55,508 bases of DNA from an uncultured Acidimicrobiaceae bacterium (GTDB taxonomy: Bacteria > Actinomycetota > Acidimicrobiia > Spongiisociales > ZC4RG35). Of the stretch, positions 20,050 to 28,975 are shown piece after piece. The stretch covers positions 1 to 55,508 of the forward strand of contig CAZYCX010000004.1 of assembly GCA_964645875.1 (NCBI GenBank), written 5' to 3'. The number at the start of each line of letters is the position of its first letter. Within the stretch, counting starts at the first letter, position 1. Under the pieces are notes generated by a model that was not told the origin of the DNA, did not search any database, and was given only the letters and a program-made list of their open reading frames with translations. Made by a program: the position numbers and the translations under genes.

Positions 20050-21591
20050 CTACGACCTTGGGTTCTCAGATGGGCGGACCACGGCGTGTATGACGATGAT
20101 CAACGCCACCACGACCAGCGACAGCCACACCACCCAGTCTCCGAAACGTACATAAGGGGTGTCCTCCTTGCCCAGCGGCACGTCGACGACGAAGGTCCCC
20201 ACGTGGTCGGCCGGATACCACATAAGGAGCCGGCCTCTCGAGTCGAAGGCGGCCGAGACCCCGCTCACCGCAACCAGCACCGCGGGTCGACCGGACGCCA
20301 CCGCCTTCACCGCCTCATAGCTCGCCTGTTGGGGCTGGGCCCACGTGCCTTGGAACGTCTGGGTCCCTCCCTGGACGACAGTCAGGTCTACGTCCAGTCG
20401 GGCCAGTTCACGTCGCATGTCGGGGAAGGTGGACTCATACGAGATGAGCGGGCCGATGGTGAGGCCGGCGGTTCGCATCACCACCGGTCCCTGACCACGA
20501 ATGCGGTCTTGGGTCGCCGCCTGGGTGAAGTCGGACACCCAGCCAAACAGGGGACGGAGGGGGATGTATTCACCGAACGGAACCAGCCGCCGCTTCCCGT
20601 ACGACTCCGACGCCGGTCCATCCGACGTGAACTGGACCGTGGTCTTGACGATGCCCGTCTCCGATCGAACGTCGACGTTCACGAAGAGGTCGGCCCCAAT
20701 CGCGTCCGTCACGGCCTGAAGTCGCTCACCGACGGTCTCCTCGAGGAAGGGGTCGTAAGCCACGCTGGTCTGGCCCCACACCACGAAGTCGACATCATCG
20801 CCTCCAGCGAATGCGTGAGTTTCCTCGATGTGGGCGTCGAGGCGAGCAGCACGGTCGTCGAACACCCCCGGCTGGACGCCGCCCACAGTGATCGACCCCG
20901 CCTCGGGCGGATCCGACCGGAGCACTCCGAACAGGGCAAGTGACAGCGGGAGTGCCAGGGCGATGGCGACGGGGGCGAGCCATGGAGGCTTCCCGGTTGC
21001 TCGCGGAGTGATGGCGACTGCAAGTGCGGCATTCGAGGCGGCCATGGCCCAACTGAGCAGCCACACTCCGCCGAGCGCGGCTCCCTGGAGGATGGGTCCC
21101 ACCTGCCACTGACTGAGCCCGAGCAGACCCCAGGTCCCGCCGAGGTACTCCCAGGATCTGAGTGCCTCCGTTACCAGCCACACCGAGGGGACCAGGACCA
21201 GCCCGAGTCCCCTTCGTTCCGATGTCGTGCCCCGACCCCAAGCCCACCAGCAAGCCAGACCAAGTGGCAGCCAGAACAGGCCGACGAACGCCGAGAGAGC
21301 GATGGTGAAGACGCCGGTGTACGGGATCACCCAGGAGTGAAGAGCGGTGAGATATCCGGCGCCGGCCAGCCAGCTCCTCGTCAGGGCGTCTCGTCGGTTC
21401 GGGGCGATGGCCACCAGAACGAAGATTGGAGCAAGCCCGATCCAGCCCAGCCACCACAGACCGGGCTCGGGAAAGGCTAGGGCCAACACGCCGCCGAGCC
21501 CCAGGGCGGCCAGCCGGGCCAACCACCGACCGGCGCTCGAGTCCATTCCTGGCGCCGGCTTGTCTTGACTGGTTGCCCCCACGGGCATCAA
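20050..21591 (-). CDS. lnt: Apolipoprotein N-acyltransferase homologue (catalytic triad altered to Q-K-S)
   Basis: N-terminal TM region (LALAFPEPGLWWLGW, WGLLGLSQW, GGVWLLS), nitrilase domain KRRLVPFGEYIP, C-terminal TPYVRFGDW. Confidence 0.85.
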   Translation of the reverse strand: MMPVGATSQDKPAPGMDSSAGRWLARLAALGLGGVLALAFPEPGLWWLGWIGLAPIFVLVAIAPNRRDALTRSWLAGAGYLTALHSWVIPYTGVFTIALSAFVGLFWLPLGLACWWAWGRGTTSERRGLGLVLVPSVWLVTEALRSWEYLGGTWGLLGLSQWQVGPILQGAALGGVWLLSWAMAASNAALAVAITPRATGKPPWLAPVAIALALPLSLALFGVLRSDPPEAGSITVGGVQPGVFDDRAARLDAHIEETHAFAGGDDVDFVVWGQTSVAYDPFLEETVGERLQAVTDAIGADLFVNVDVRSETGIVKTTVQFTSDGPASESYGKRRLVPFGEYIPLRPLFGWVSDFTQAATQDRIRGQGPVVMRTAGLTIGPLISYESTFPDMRRELARLDVDLTVVQGGTQTFQGTWAQPQQASYEAVKAVASGRPAVLVAVSGVSAAFDSRGRLLMWYPADHVGTFVVDVPLGKEDTPYVRFGDWVVWLSLVVVALIIVIHAVVRPSENPRS

Positions 21592-21639
21592 GGTGACTCC
21601 CTGTCGAGCGTCCCTCTCGATGCTACGAGGCGTGAGCGG

Positions 21640-22287
21640 TCAGCCGACCTGGCCCTGTGCCGTTATGCCCAACTCTGCCAGGAGCCCGCGCACGCGTCGC
21701 TCGATGTCGTCGCGAATCACCCGAACCTCCTCGATGGGCTTGCCCGCCGGGTCATCCAACTCCCAATCCACATAGCGCTTGCCCGGAAACACCGGGCAGG
21801 CATCCCCACAACCCATCGTCACCACGATGTCGGCGGCCCGGATGATCTCGTCGGCCCACGGCTGAGGGATCTCTGTGCCGATGTCGATCCCCTTCTCGGC
21901 CATGGCGGCGACGGCCACCCGGTTGACCGACTCCGCCGGCTCGGAGCCGCCGGAGAAGACATCCACCTGATCGCCGGCGAGGTGTCGCATCCAACCTGCG
22001 GCCATCTGAGACCGGCCTGCGTTGTGCACACAGAGGAAGAGGACGCTCGGATTGAGATTCAGTTCCGACTCCATGCGGACCAAAGCGCGGAGGCGGTCAC
22101 GAGCGAAGCGCTCTGCGATCAGCGGAACCCATGTGCTGTTGGTGGCTCGTTGCACGAGAGTATCGAGAGAGTCGGCGATAAACCGCTCGATGGTCTCCGT
22201 GTTGAGTTGTCCATCGAAGCGGCGCTTCAGCCGCTCGGCGGCTTCGCGGATCTGCAGCTGCTCGGCGGTGTTCAGTGTCACAGGCAT
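21640..22287 (-). CDS. arsC: LMWPTP-type arsenate reductase with an N-terminal helical extension
   Basis: P-loop LFLCVHNAGRSQMA, VTMGCGDACPVFPG, DWELDDP. Confidence 0.92.
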   Translation of the reverse strand: MPVTLNTAEQLQIREAAERLKRRFDGQLNTETIERFIADSLDTLVQRATNSTWVPLIAERFARDRLRALVRMESELNLNPSVLFLCVHNAGRSQMAAGWMRHLAGDQVDVFSGGSEPAESVNRVAVAAMAEKGIDIGTEIPQPWADEIIRAADIVVTMGCGDACPVFPGKRYVDWELDDPAGKPIEEVRVIRDDIERRVRGLLAELGITAQGQVG

Positions 22288-22294
22288 AGGGCTC

Positions 22295-22960
22295 CTATCG
22301 GGTCGAACGGACTGGATTGGGGAAGAGATACTGCGCCAAGGGGGCCGCGATCAGCGCGGCGAGAGCCTGAGCCACCACGAATCCGACGACCGACCCGGGT
22401 GCGATGCCGGTGTAGCTGTCGGTGAAGATCCTGGCCACCGTCACCGCGGGATTGGCGAAGCCGGTGCTCGATGTGGCGAAGACGATCGCCGCCACCCAAG
22501 CGCCGATCGTCGCGGGAACCAACCCGGCCCGTCCGGTGCGGACCAGAGCGAGGATGGCGAAGACCAGGACGAACGTGGCGACTGCCTCGGCCAACACCAG
22601 GCCCGGACCCGCGCGGACACTCCCCGAGATGGACACCGCCGCCATCTCGAAACTGAGGTGGGCCATGACCATGCCGGCAAACGCACCACCGATCTGTGCA
22701 AACGCATATCCGGCCGCCGACCGGGCATCGACGGTGCCGGATCGCCAGAAGGCAAAGGTGACGGCGGGGTTGAAGTGTGACCCGGAGACGGTCTGGAAGA
22801 TGGCGATCAGCACACCGAGCCCGAGCCCCACCGCGAGCGCATGAGCCAGCAGTTGGGTCGTCGGATCGCCTCCCAGAGTCTCGGCGGCGATTCCACTCCC
22901 GACGATGATGTAGAGGAGGAGCCCGGTGCCCACAGCCTCGGCGATCGAGCTCCGGCTCAA
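22295..22960 (-). CDS. MIP/aquaglyceroporin, probable arsenite channel (AqpS-like)
   Basis: Two NPA motifs (SHFNPAVT, FANPAVTVAR), FTDSYTGIAP; lies inside the ars operon. Confidence 0.88.
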   Translation of the reverse strand: MSRSSIAEAVGTGLLLYIIVGSGIAAETLGGDPTTQLLAHALAVGLGLGVLIAIFQTVSGSHFNPAVTFAFWRSGTVDARSAAGYAFAQIGGAFAGMVMAHLSFEMAAVSISGSVRAGPGLVLAEAVATFVLVFAILALVRTGRAGLVPATIGAWVAAIVFATSSTGFANPAVTVARIFTDSYTGIAPGSVVGFVVAQALAALIAAPLAQYLFPNPVRSTR

Positions 22961-23622
22961 CGAACCGGTCCGTCCCGGTCAGCCAGACGTTCGATCCTGG
23001 CGGCGATCTCACCGAAGGCTGCGCGGAAGGAAGCAGGAGTACCGACAGAAACCGGGTCGGGCACTGACCAGTGGAGATGCCGACGGGCCGTGGGGAGGCC
23101 GGTCTCGCGCGCCCTGTCGCAGACGCTGATGAGCAGGTCGGGGTCAGGGCTGAGCCGCTCATAGCCCCCGGGCCGGTTCCCGGCGAGATCGACGCCGAAC
23201 TCGGCGGCGGCCCTCACAGCATGTGGATGGACCTCGAGGCTCGGGTCGCTGCCTGCGCTCTCGGCAGGCAGACCCGTGCGGTCTTCCCACAAGGCAGCAG
23301 CGAACTGGGAACGAGCCGAATTGTGGGTGCAGACGAATGTCACCGTGCCGCGGGCAACCGGCTCTCCACCGGTGAGAGCCGGGATCCCGGCCAAGCGCAG
23401 GTAGACGTAGCGGCGCCGGTGGTCTCCCTCGGAGATACGTCGTTCGATCACACCGGCTTGAGCCAAGACATCGAGGTGATGAGCGAGGAGATTGCCTCTC
23501 ATCCCGATCCTCTCCGCCAGCTCCGCCACCGTGCGATCCCCGAGCGCTAACTCGTCGACGATCATCAGGCGTCGGGCATCACCGAGAGCCGCATGGACCG
23601 CGGCTCTCTCTTCTACGTTCAT
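22957..23622 (-). CDS. ArsR-family HTH regulator fused to an LMWP/ArsC-like domain
   Basis: HAALGDARRLMIVDEL...LAHHLDVL HTH; then FVCTHNSARSQFAA, ISVCDRA, HWSVPDP. Confidence 0.87.
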   Translation of the reverse strand: MNVEERAAVHAALGDARRLMIVDELALGDRTVAELAERIGMRGNLLAHHLDVLAQAGVIERRISEGDHRRRYVYLRLAGIPALTGGEPVARGTVTFVCTHNSARSQFAAALWEDRTGLPAESAGSDPSLEVHPHAVRAAAEFGVDLAGNRPGGYERLSPDPDLLISVCDRARETGLPTARRHLHWSVPDPVSVGTPASFRAAFGEIAARIERLADRDGPVR

Positions 23623-23630
23623 AATCTCAG

Positions 23631-23659
23631 ATTATATTGACTCAATGTCCATTGAGCAA
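23631..23659 (-). promoter_or_regulatory. Housekeeping promoter (leaderless) with a putative ArsR operator
   Basis: TTGCTC-17-TATAAT, 8 nt before the ATG; inverted repeat ctcaat-gtcc-attgag (23641-23656) spans the spacer and -35. Confidence 0.75.
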
Positions 23660-23678
23660 GAAGGGGAGGCGGGTGGCG

Positions 23679-25751
23679 TCAGATCAGTTGCGCAGTGCTG
23701 CGGACCTGGGCCAGTTCCTGCAGGGCCTCATGAGTGTCCACCGCGCCCTCCCCCTCGACCCGCACCCAGGTCCGATTCGGCTTCAGCACCCAGGCGAGGG
23801 TGTCGTCGGCGAATACCACGTCGAGGATCTCGTCGAACCGGAACTGGAGGTCGGGGTCGCTGACCGGAGCCAGAACCTCGACGCGACGATCGAGATTCCG
23901 CGGCATCATGTCGGCCGACCCGTACAGGTACTGACGCTCCCGGCCCCTCGCCCCGAAGCGGTAGATCCGGGAGTGCTCCAGATAGCGACCGACGATGGAA
24001 CGCACCGTGATGTTCTCGGACAGGCCCGACACGCCAGGAACCAATCCGCAGATCCCACGGACACACAGATCCACCCTGGTACCGGCCTGTGATGCCCGGT
24101 AGAGCGACTCGATGATCCCCTCGTCCACCAGGGAATTGATCTTCATGGTGATGTGCCCGTCCGCGCGCGCCGTCTCGTCTTCGATGAGGCTGACGATGCG
24201 GTCGCGGATCCCGTCGGGCGAGACTGCCAGTGAGCGGTAGCGAGTCTGGCGGCTGTAGCCGGTCAGGTAGTTGAACAGGTCGGAGAGATCGGATCCCAGA
24301 TCCGGATCGCCCGTGAACACACCCAAATCCTCGTAGTTCCGGGCGGTGGTCTCGTTGTAGTTGCCGGTACCGATATGGGCATATCTCACGATCCGGTCGC
24401 CCTCTCTCCTCATCACCAGTGAGATCTTGGTGTGGGTCTTCAGCCCGACGACGCCGTACATCACGTGGACTCCGACGTCTTCAAGCCGCTGTGCCCACTC
24501 GATGTTCCGCTCCTCGTCGAAGCGAGCCTTGAGCTCGACCAGGGCCACCACCTGCTTCCCTCGCTCGGCGGCCTCGATGAGTGACTGCATGATCTGGCTG
24601 TTGCGGTTGGTCCGATAGAGGGTCATCTTGATGGCGAGCACGTCCGGATCCTTCGCCGCCCGCGATATGAACGCCTCCACGGTCGAGGAGAAGGAGTCAT
24701 AGGGGTGGTGGGCCATGAGGTCGCCCTGCTGGATCACCTCGAAGAAGTCCACCGAGTCACCCGAGGCCGACCCCGACGAGAGACGAGGCGGAGTGACCCC
24801 GGAGAAGACCGGGAACTTCAGCTCGGGTCGCTCGAGCTCGTACACCCCCCAGAGACCGGCGAGATCGAGTGGCCCGTCGACGCGGTAGACATCTTCCTCG
24901 GTGGCCCCCATCTCGCGGAGCAACAGGTCCAGGACCTCCCCGGGCATGTCGGGATGCACCTCGAGACGGACCACACGACCGAACCTGCGCTGGGTCAGCT
25001 CCGACTCGATCGACATGAGGAGATCGCCCCCCTCGTCCTCCTCGACCTCGAAGTCGGCGTTGCGGGTGACCCGGAAGACGTGGTGGCCCAGCACCTCCAT
25101 CCCCGGGAACAACGAGTCGACATGGGAGGCGATGACCTGCTCGAGGGGCACGAAACGCTCGCCGTCGGGTAGGACCACGAACCGGGGGAGGATCGGAGGG
25201 ATCTTGACCCGGGCAAACCGCGTGATCCTCGTCTCCGGGTTGCGCACGAAGATCGCCAGGTTCAGGGAGAGATTCGAGATGTAGGGAAACGGGTGTGCCG
25301 GATCGACTGCGAGCGGGGTCACCACCGGGAACACCAACTCCCGGAACTGGTCGTCGAGGAACTCGCGATCGTCGTCGTCCAGGGTGGAGTAGTCGCTGAA
25401 GACGATCCCCTCCTTGGCGAGAGCGGGGGCGATCTCCGAGAGAAAACGCTTCGAGATCTCCTGATACTGCGCGTCGACGTCGGACCTGATCGCAGCGAGC
25501 TGCTGGCCCGGGGTGAGCCCGTCGGGCGTGGCAGAGCGAAGGCCATGGGCCACCTGCTCCTTGAGGCCGGCCACCCTCACCTGGAAGAACTCGTCCAGGT
25601 TGAAAGACCAGATGGCGAGGAACTTGGCCTTCTCCAGCAGGGGGAAGCCCTCACGCCCGGTGAGGGCGAACACCCTCTTGTTGAAGTCGAGCCACGAGAG
25701 CTCACGGTTGATGTAGGTGTCCGGGGTTATCAGGCTCATGGTCTCAGACAT
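23679..25751 (-). CDS. ppk1: Polyphosphate kinase 1
   Basis: NRELSWLDFN, HPFPYISNLSLN, HHPYDSF, ELKARFDE, LKTHTK, RYLEHSRI, RNLDRRVE. Confidence 0.97.
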   Translation of the reverse strand: MSETMSLITPDTYINRELSWLDFNKRVFALTGREGFPLLEKAKFLAIWSFNLDEFFQVRVAGLKEQVAHGLRSATPDGLTPGQQLAAIRSDVDAQYQEISKRFLSEIAPALAKEGIVFSDYSTLDDDDREFLDDQFRELVFPVVTPLAVDPAHPFPYISNLSLNLAIFVRNPETRITRFARVKIPPILPRFVVLPDGERFVPLEQVIASHVDSLFPGMEVLGHHVFRVTRNADFEVEEDEGGDLLMSIESELTQRRFGRVVRLEVHPDMPGEVLDLLLREMGATEEDVYRVDGPLDLAGLWGVYELERPELKFPVFSGVTPPRLSSGSASGDSVDFFEVIQQGDLMAHHPYDSFSSTVEAFISRAAKDPDVLAIKMTLYRTNRNSQIMQSLIEAAERGKQVVALVELKARFDEERNIEWAQRLEDVGVHVMYGVVGLKTHTKISLVMRREGDRIVRYAHIGTGNYNETTARNYEDLGVFTGDPDLGSDLSDLFNYLTGYSRQTRYRSLAVSPDGIRDRIVSLIEDETARADGHITMKINSLVDEGIIESLYRASQAGTRVDLCVRGICGLVPGVSGLSENITVRSIVGRYLEHSRIYRFGARGRERQYLYGSADMMPRNLDRRVEVLAPVSDPDLQFRFDEILDVVFADDTLAWVLKPNRTWVRVEGEGAVDTHEALQELAQVRSTAQLI

Positions 25752-25775
25752 GTATCGGCTCGGCTCACCGGCGGG

Positions 25776-26381
25776 TCAACGCCCGCGTCCCAAACCGCCG
25801 AGCAGGAAGGACTCCACACCTTCGGTGACCTCTTCTCGACGGGAGTCGTCGTCGATGAGGGCCCGGGCCGCGGACATGATCGTATCTTGGATGAGCCGAC
25901 CGGCGAGATACGGCGGCATCTCCCGGAAGACTCCCTCTGTCACACCGGTCAGGTAGATCGAAGCCAACTCCGTGGCCAACTCGGCATGCGAGCGCCGGAT
26001 CCGCTCCTGGGCGTCCAGACCCATCCTCCCGGCCTCGCGATGGAGGATGACCCCGAAGACGCGGTCGGTGGCCACGAACTCGACCGTTGCGGAGGCGAGC
26101 TTCGCCAAGCGCTCGGGGGTCTCGAGGCGGTCGGGAACGGAATCGATCAGCTCAGTGATCACGTCAGGCAGCTTCTCCTCGACGAGCGATGCGATCACAT
26201 CGTCTCGGTCGTCGAAGTAGTCGTAGAACGTCGTTCGTCCCACTCCCGCCGCCAGAGCGATCTCACCCAAGGGGATCTCGGCCGTGCCCGCCTCGGCTAT
26301 GACCCGGAAGGCCGCGTCGAGCAGGGAGCGTCTGGTCAGCTCCTTGTGTTCGTCTATCGAGGCGGCTCGGATCTTGGGCAC
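25776..26381 (-). CDS. TetR-family transcriptional regulator
   Basis: N-terminal HTH IALAAGVGRTTFYDYF; MPKIRAASIDEHK is an N-terminus typical of an actinobacterial subfamily. Confidence 0.9.
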   Translation of the reverse strand: MPKIRAASIDEHKELTRRSLLDAAFRVIAEAGTAEIPLGEIALAAGVGRTTFYDYFDDRDDVIASLVEEKLPDVITELIDSVPDRLETPERLAKLASATVEFVATDRVFGVILHREAGRMGLDAQERIRRSHAELATELASIYLTGVTEGVFREMPPYLAGRLIQDTIMSAARALIDDDSRREEVTEGVESFLLGGLGRGR

Positions 26382-26578
26382 ATCCCAGAGGCTATTCGAT
26401 GCGGCGGGAAAGTCACTGGCGGGACCCTTGTCCGGATGCCCGACGGTCGGAGGTGCACATGAGCAGGAACGCCGAGGCTCTCACACCGTGCGAGGCGGGC
26501 TCCGACCAGCCGTCAGACATGAGAAACCGCCCCTCACCTCGTTTTGCCACCCGCACGGCACACCGCCAATATGAAGGT

Positions 26579-26866
26579 GTGACCTTAGGGCCAGCACAAC
26601 TCGCAGCCGAGCTGGTTGCGGACTGGAGGGCCCAAGCGGCCTGTTCCGGTTACCCCAACTCGCTCTTCTTCCCCTCGACGGACGGAGCCGACGAAGCCCA
26701 CGTCGAGAAGGCCAAGGCCGTGTGCGCCGTCTGCCCCGTGATCGACGACTGCCTGGAGTACGCACTGGAGACGAATCAGCGCTCCGGGATCTGGGGAGGC
26801 ACCTCCGAGCGGGAGCGCAAATCGCTCCGCCGGAAGTGGCTCGCCGAACGCCGTCGCAGCGCCTGA
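26579..26866 (+). CDS. WhiB-family Fe-S transcriptional regulator (WhiB1-like)
   Basis: DWRAQAAC...LFFP...AKAVCAVCPVIDDC...GIWGGTSERER, 4 Cys; GTG start is approximate. Confidence 0.9.
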   Translation: MTLGPAQLAAELVADWRAQAACSGYPNSLFFPSTDGADEAHVEKAKAVCAVCPVIDDCLEYALETNQRSGIWGGTSERERKSLRRKWLAERRRSA

Positions 26867-26940
26867 ACCCCGCTGGTATTTGCGAACCTCAGGTTCCTGG
26901 GGTCATATATGGTCCTCTTAGCCTCGAGTTCGGTGGATAG

Positions 26941-28266
26941 ATGAGCAAGCAGTCCGACTACGTGATGCGCACGGTCGAGGAGCGGGGAATCCGGTTCATC
27001 CGGCTGTGGTTCACAGACGTCCTCGGTTTCCTCAAGTCGGTGGCGATCAGCCCGGCGGAGCTGGAGGTGGCCTTCGAGGAGGGGATGACCTTCGACGGCT
27101 CGTCGATCGACGGCTATGCCCGCATCCAGGAAGCCGACATGCTGGCACGTCCCGATCCCACCACCTTCGCGGTGCTGCCATGGCGAACCGAACAACAGGT
27201 CGCCCGCATGTTCTGCGACATCACCACTCCCGACGGCGAGCCCTTCGACGGAGACCCGCGCACGGTCCTCAAACGAAACCTGGAGAAGGCATCCGAGATG
27301 GGTTACACCTTCTTCACCGCCCCCGAGCTGGAGTTCTTCTACTTCGCCGACAGCGGGCCCGAACCTCAGGTCCTCGACCATGGCGGATACTTCGACCTGA
27401 CGCCTCTCGACGTCGCCCAGGAATACCGGCGCAAGACCATCAACGCTCTCGAACAGCTCGGCATCCCCATCGAGCACTCCCACCACGAGGTGGCCCCAAG
27501 CCAGCACGAGATCATCGCCCGGTACACCGACGCCCTCACCATGGCCGACAACATCATGACCGCCCGGCTCACCGTCAAAGAAGTCGCCCTCCATTCGGGC
27601 ATCTACGCGACCTTCATGCCCAAGCCACTCCAAGAGCACGACGGCTCGGGCATGCACCTCCATGTGTCGCTGTTCGAAGGTGACACCAACGCCTTCCACG
27701 AGCCCGGTACTCCGGGAGGGCTGTCGAAGGTCGCCGAGGCGTTCATCGCCGGCCTCCTCAGACATGCCGCCGAGATGACCGCGGTCACCAACCAGTGGGT
27801 CAACTCCTACAAGCGTCTCGTTGGCGGATTCGACGCCCCGATATACATGTCCTGGGCGCGCAACAACCAGTCTGCCCTGGTCCGGGTGCCGTCGGTGAAG
27901 AAAGGCAAGCCGTCGTCGGTGCGGGTCGAATACCGGGCCGCCGACGCCGCCTGCAATCCCTATCTCGCCCTTTCGGTGATCCTCGCCGCCGGGCTGGCAG
28001 GGATCAGGGAAGGATACGAACTCCCCCCCGAGATCGCCGCCGCCGTCCATCAGATGACCCCCGCTGAGCGGGCTGCCGTTGGCGCCAAGCGGCTTCCCGA
28101 CACCCTGGCATCGGCTCTCGACATCATGGAGTCTTCCGACCTGGTGGCGGAAGCACTCGGCGAGCATGTATTCGACTGGTTCCTGAGAAACAAGCGGGCC
28201 GAGTGGGCGCGTTACCAGAGTCACGTGTCCCGCTTCGAGCTAGAGACCTACCTGCCGGTCCTGTGA
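26941..28266 (+). CDS. glnA: Glutamine synthetase family protein (GSI-alpha/GlnA2-like)
   Basis: FIRLWFTDVLG, FDGSSIDG, HHEVAPSQHE, TFMPKP, GSGMHLH, NSYKRL, ACNPYLA; 441 aa. Confidence 0.92.
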   Translation: MSKQSDYVMRTVEERGIRFIRLWFTDVLGFLKSVAISPAELEVAFEEGMTFDGSSIDGYARIQEADMLARPDPTTFAVLPWRTEQQVARMFCDITTPDGEPFDGDPRTVLKRNLEKASEMGYTFFTAPELEFFYFADSGPEPQVLDHGGYFDLTPLDVAQEYRRKTINALEQLGIPIEHSHHEVAPSQHEIIARYTDALTMADNIMTARLTVKEVALHSGIYATFMPKPLQEHDGSGMHLHVSLFEGDTNAFHEPGTPGGLSKVAEAFIAGLLRHAAEMTAVTNQWVNSYKRLVGGFDAPIYMSWARNNQSALVRVPSVKKGKPSSVRVEYRAADAACNPYLALSVILAAGLAGIREGYELPPEIAAAVHQMTPAERAAVGAKRLPDTLASALDIMESSDLVAEALGEHVFDWFLRNKRAEWARYQSHVSRFELETYLPVL

Positions 28267-28898
28267 TCGCCGCGGTCTATCCCGAGAGGCACTCCGACAA
28301 CCTGGCCGACGGACTGGCATTGTCAGATGTCTCGGTGAAGACCATCGACGACATCGGGGTGGAAAGCGCTTCGCTGCACGAGGCGGACCTCCTCGTCGTC
28401 GAACTGGGTCACGGCCCGTTGCGTCAGCTCCGTGAGGTGGCCCGTATCGAGGAGATGCTCGGCCTGCCTGTCCTCCTGGTGGTCGCCCCCGAGCATCTCG
28501 CCCTGGTGGAGAGCAGCGGTGCGGTGGCCGACTTCGTGGTAGGACCCATCGACCCGATCGAGTTCCGGATCCGGATTCGGAGACTCGTCGCCGTGGAGGC
28601 GGGGGACGAGCTGCTCCGCTTCAAAGACCTCGAGCTCAATCCATTGACCTATCAGGCCACCCTCGCCGGAGAGCCCATGGACCTCACCTACATGGAGTAC
28701 GAGCTGCTCCGCTTTCTCGTGGGGAACCCGGGCCGGGTGTGGTCACGGGAACAACTCCTGTCCAAGGTCTGGGGCTATGAGTACTACGGCGGCGCCCGCA
28801 CCGTCGACGTCCACGTTCGCCGTCTCCGTTCCAAACTCGGCCAGGAGCGGGCGTCGTGGATCAGCACGGTTCGCTCGGTCGGCTACCGCTGGGGCTGA
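28263..28898 (+). CDS. glnR: GlnR-like orphan OmpR-family regulator
   Basis: DLTYMEYELLRFL..NPGRVWSREQLL..VWGYEYYGGARTVDVHVRRLRSKLG; degenerate receiver domain; GTGA overlap with glnA. Confidence 0.75.
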   Translation: MIAAVYPERHSDNLADGLALSDVSVKTIDDIGVESASLHEADLLVVELGHGPLRQLREVARIEEMLGLPVLLVVAPEHLALVESSGAVADFVVGPIDPIEFRIRIRRLVAVEAGDELLRFKDLELNPLTYQATLAGEPMDLTYMEYELLRFLVGNPGRVWSREQLLSKVWGYEYYGGARTVDVHVRRLRSKLGQERASWISTVRSVGYRWG

Positions 28899-28975
28899 TC
28901 GACGGGCATTCACCACTGGATGGGAAGAGACTCCGGGATGGGACGGTGTCCCACCGCCCGTGGCACAATCGTGTC

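Noticed and set aside
26776-28224. Long antisense ORFs (also 28910-30316, 39291-40943, 3466-4731, 35489-36751 and others)
   Set aside because: Shadow ORFs opposite well-supported genes, expected from high-GC codon bias; no motifs.
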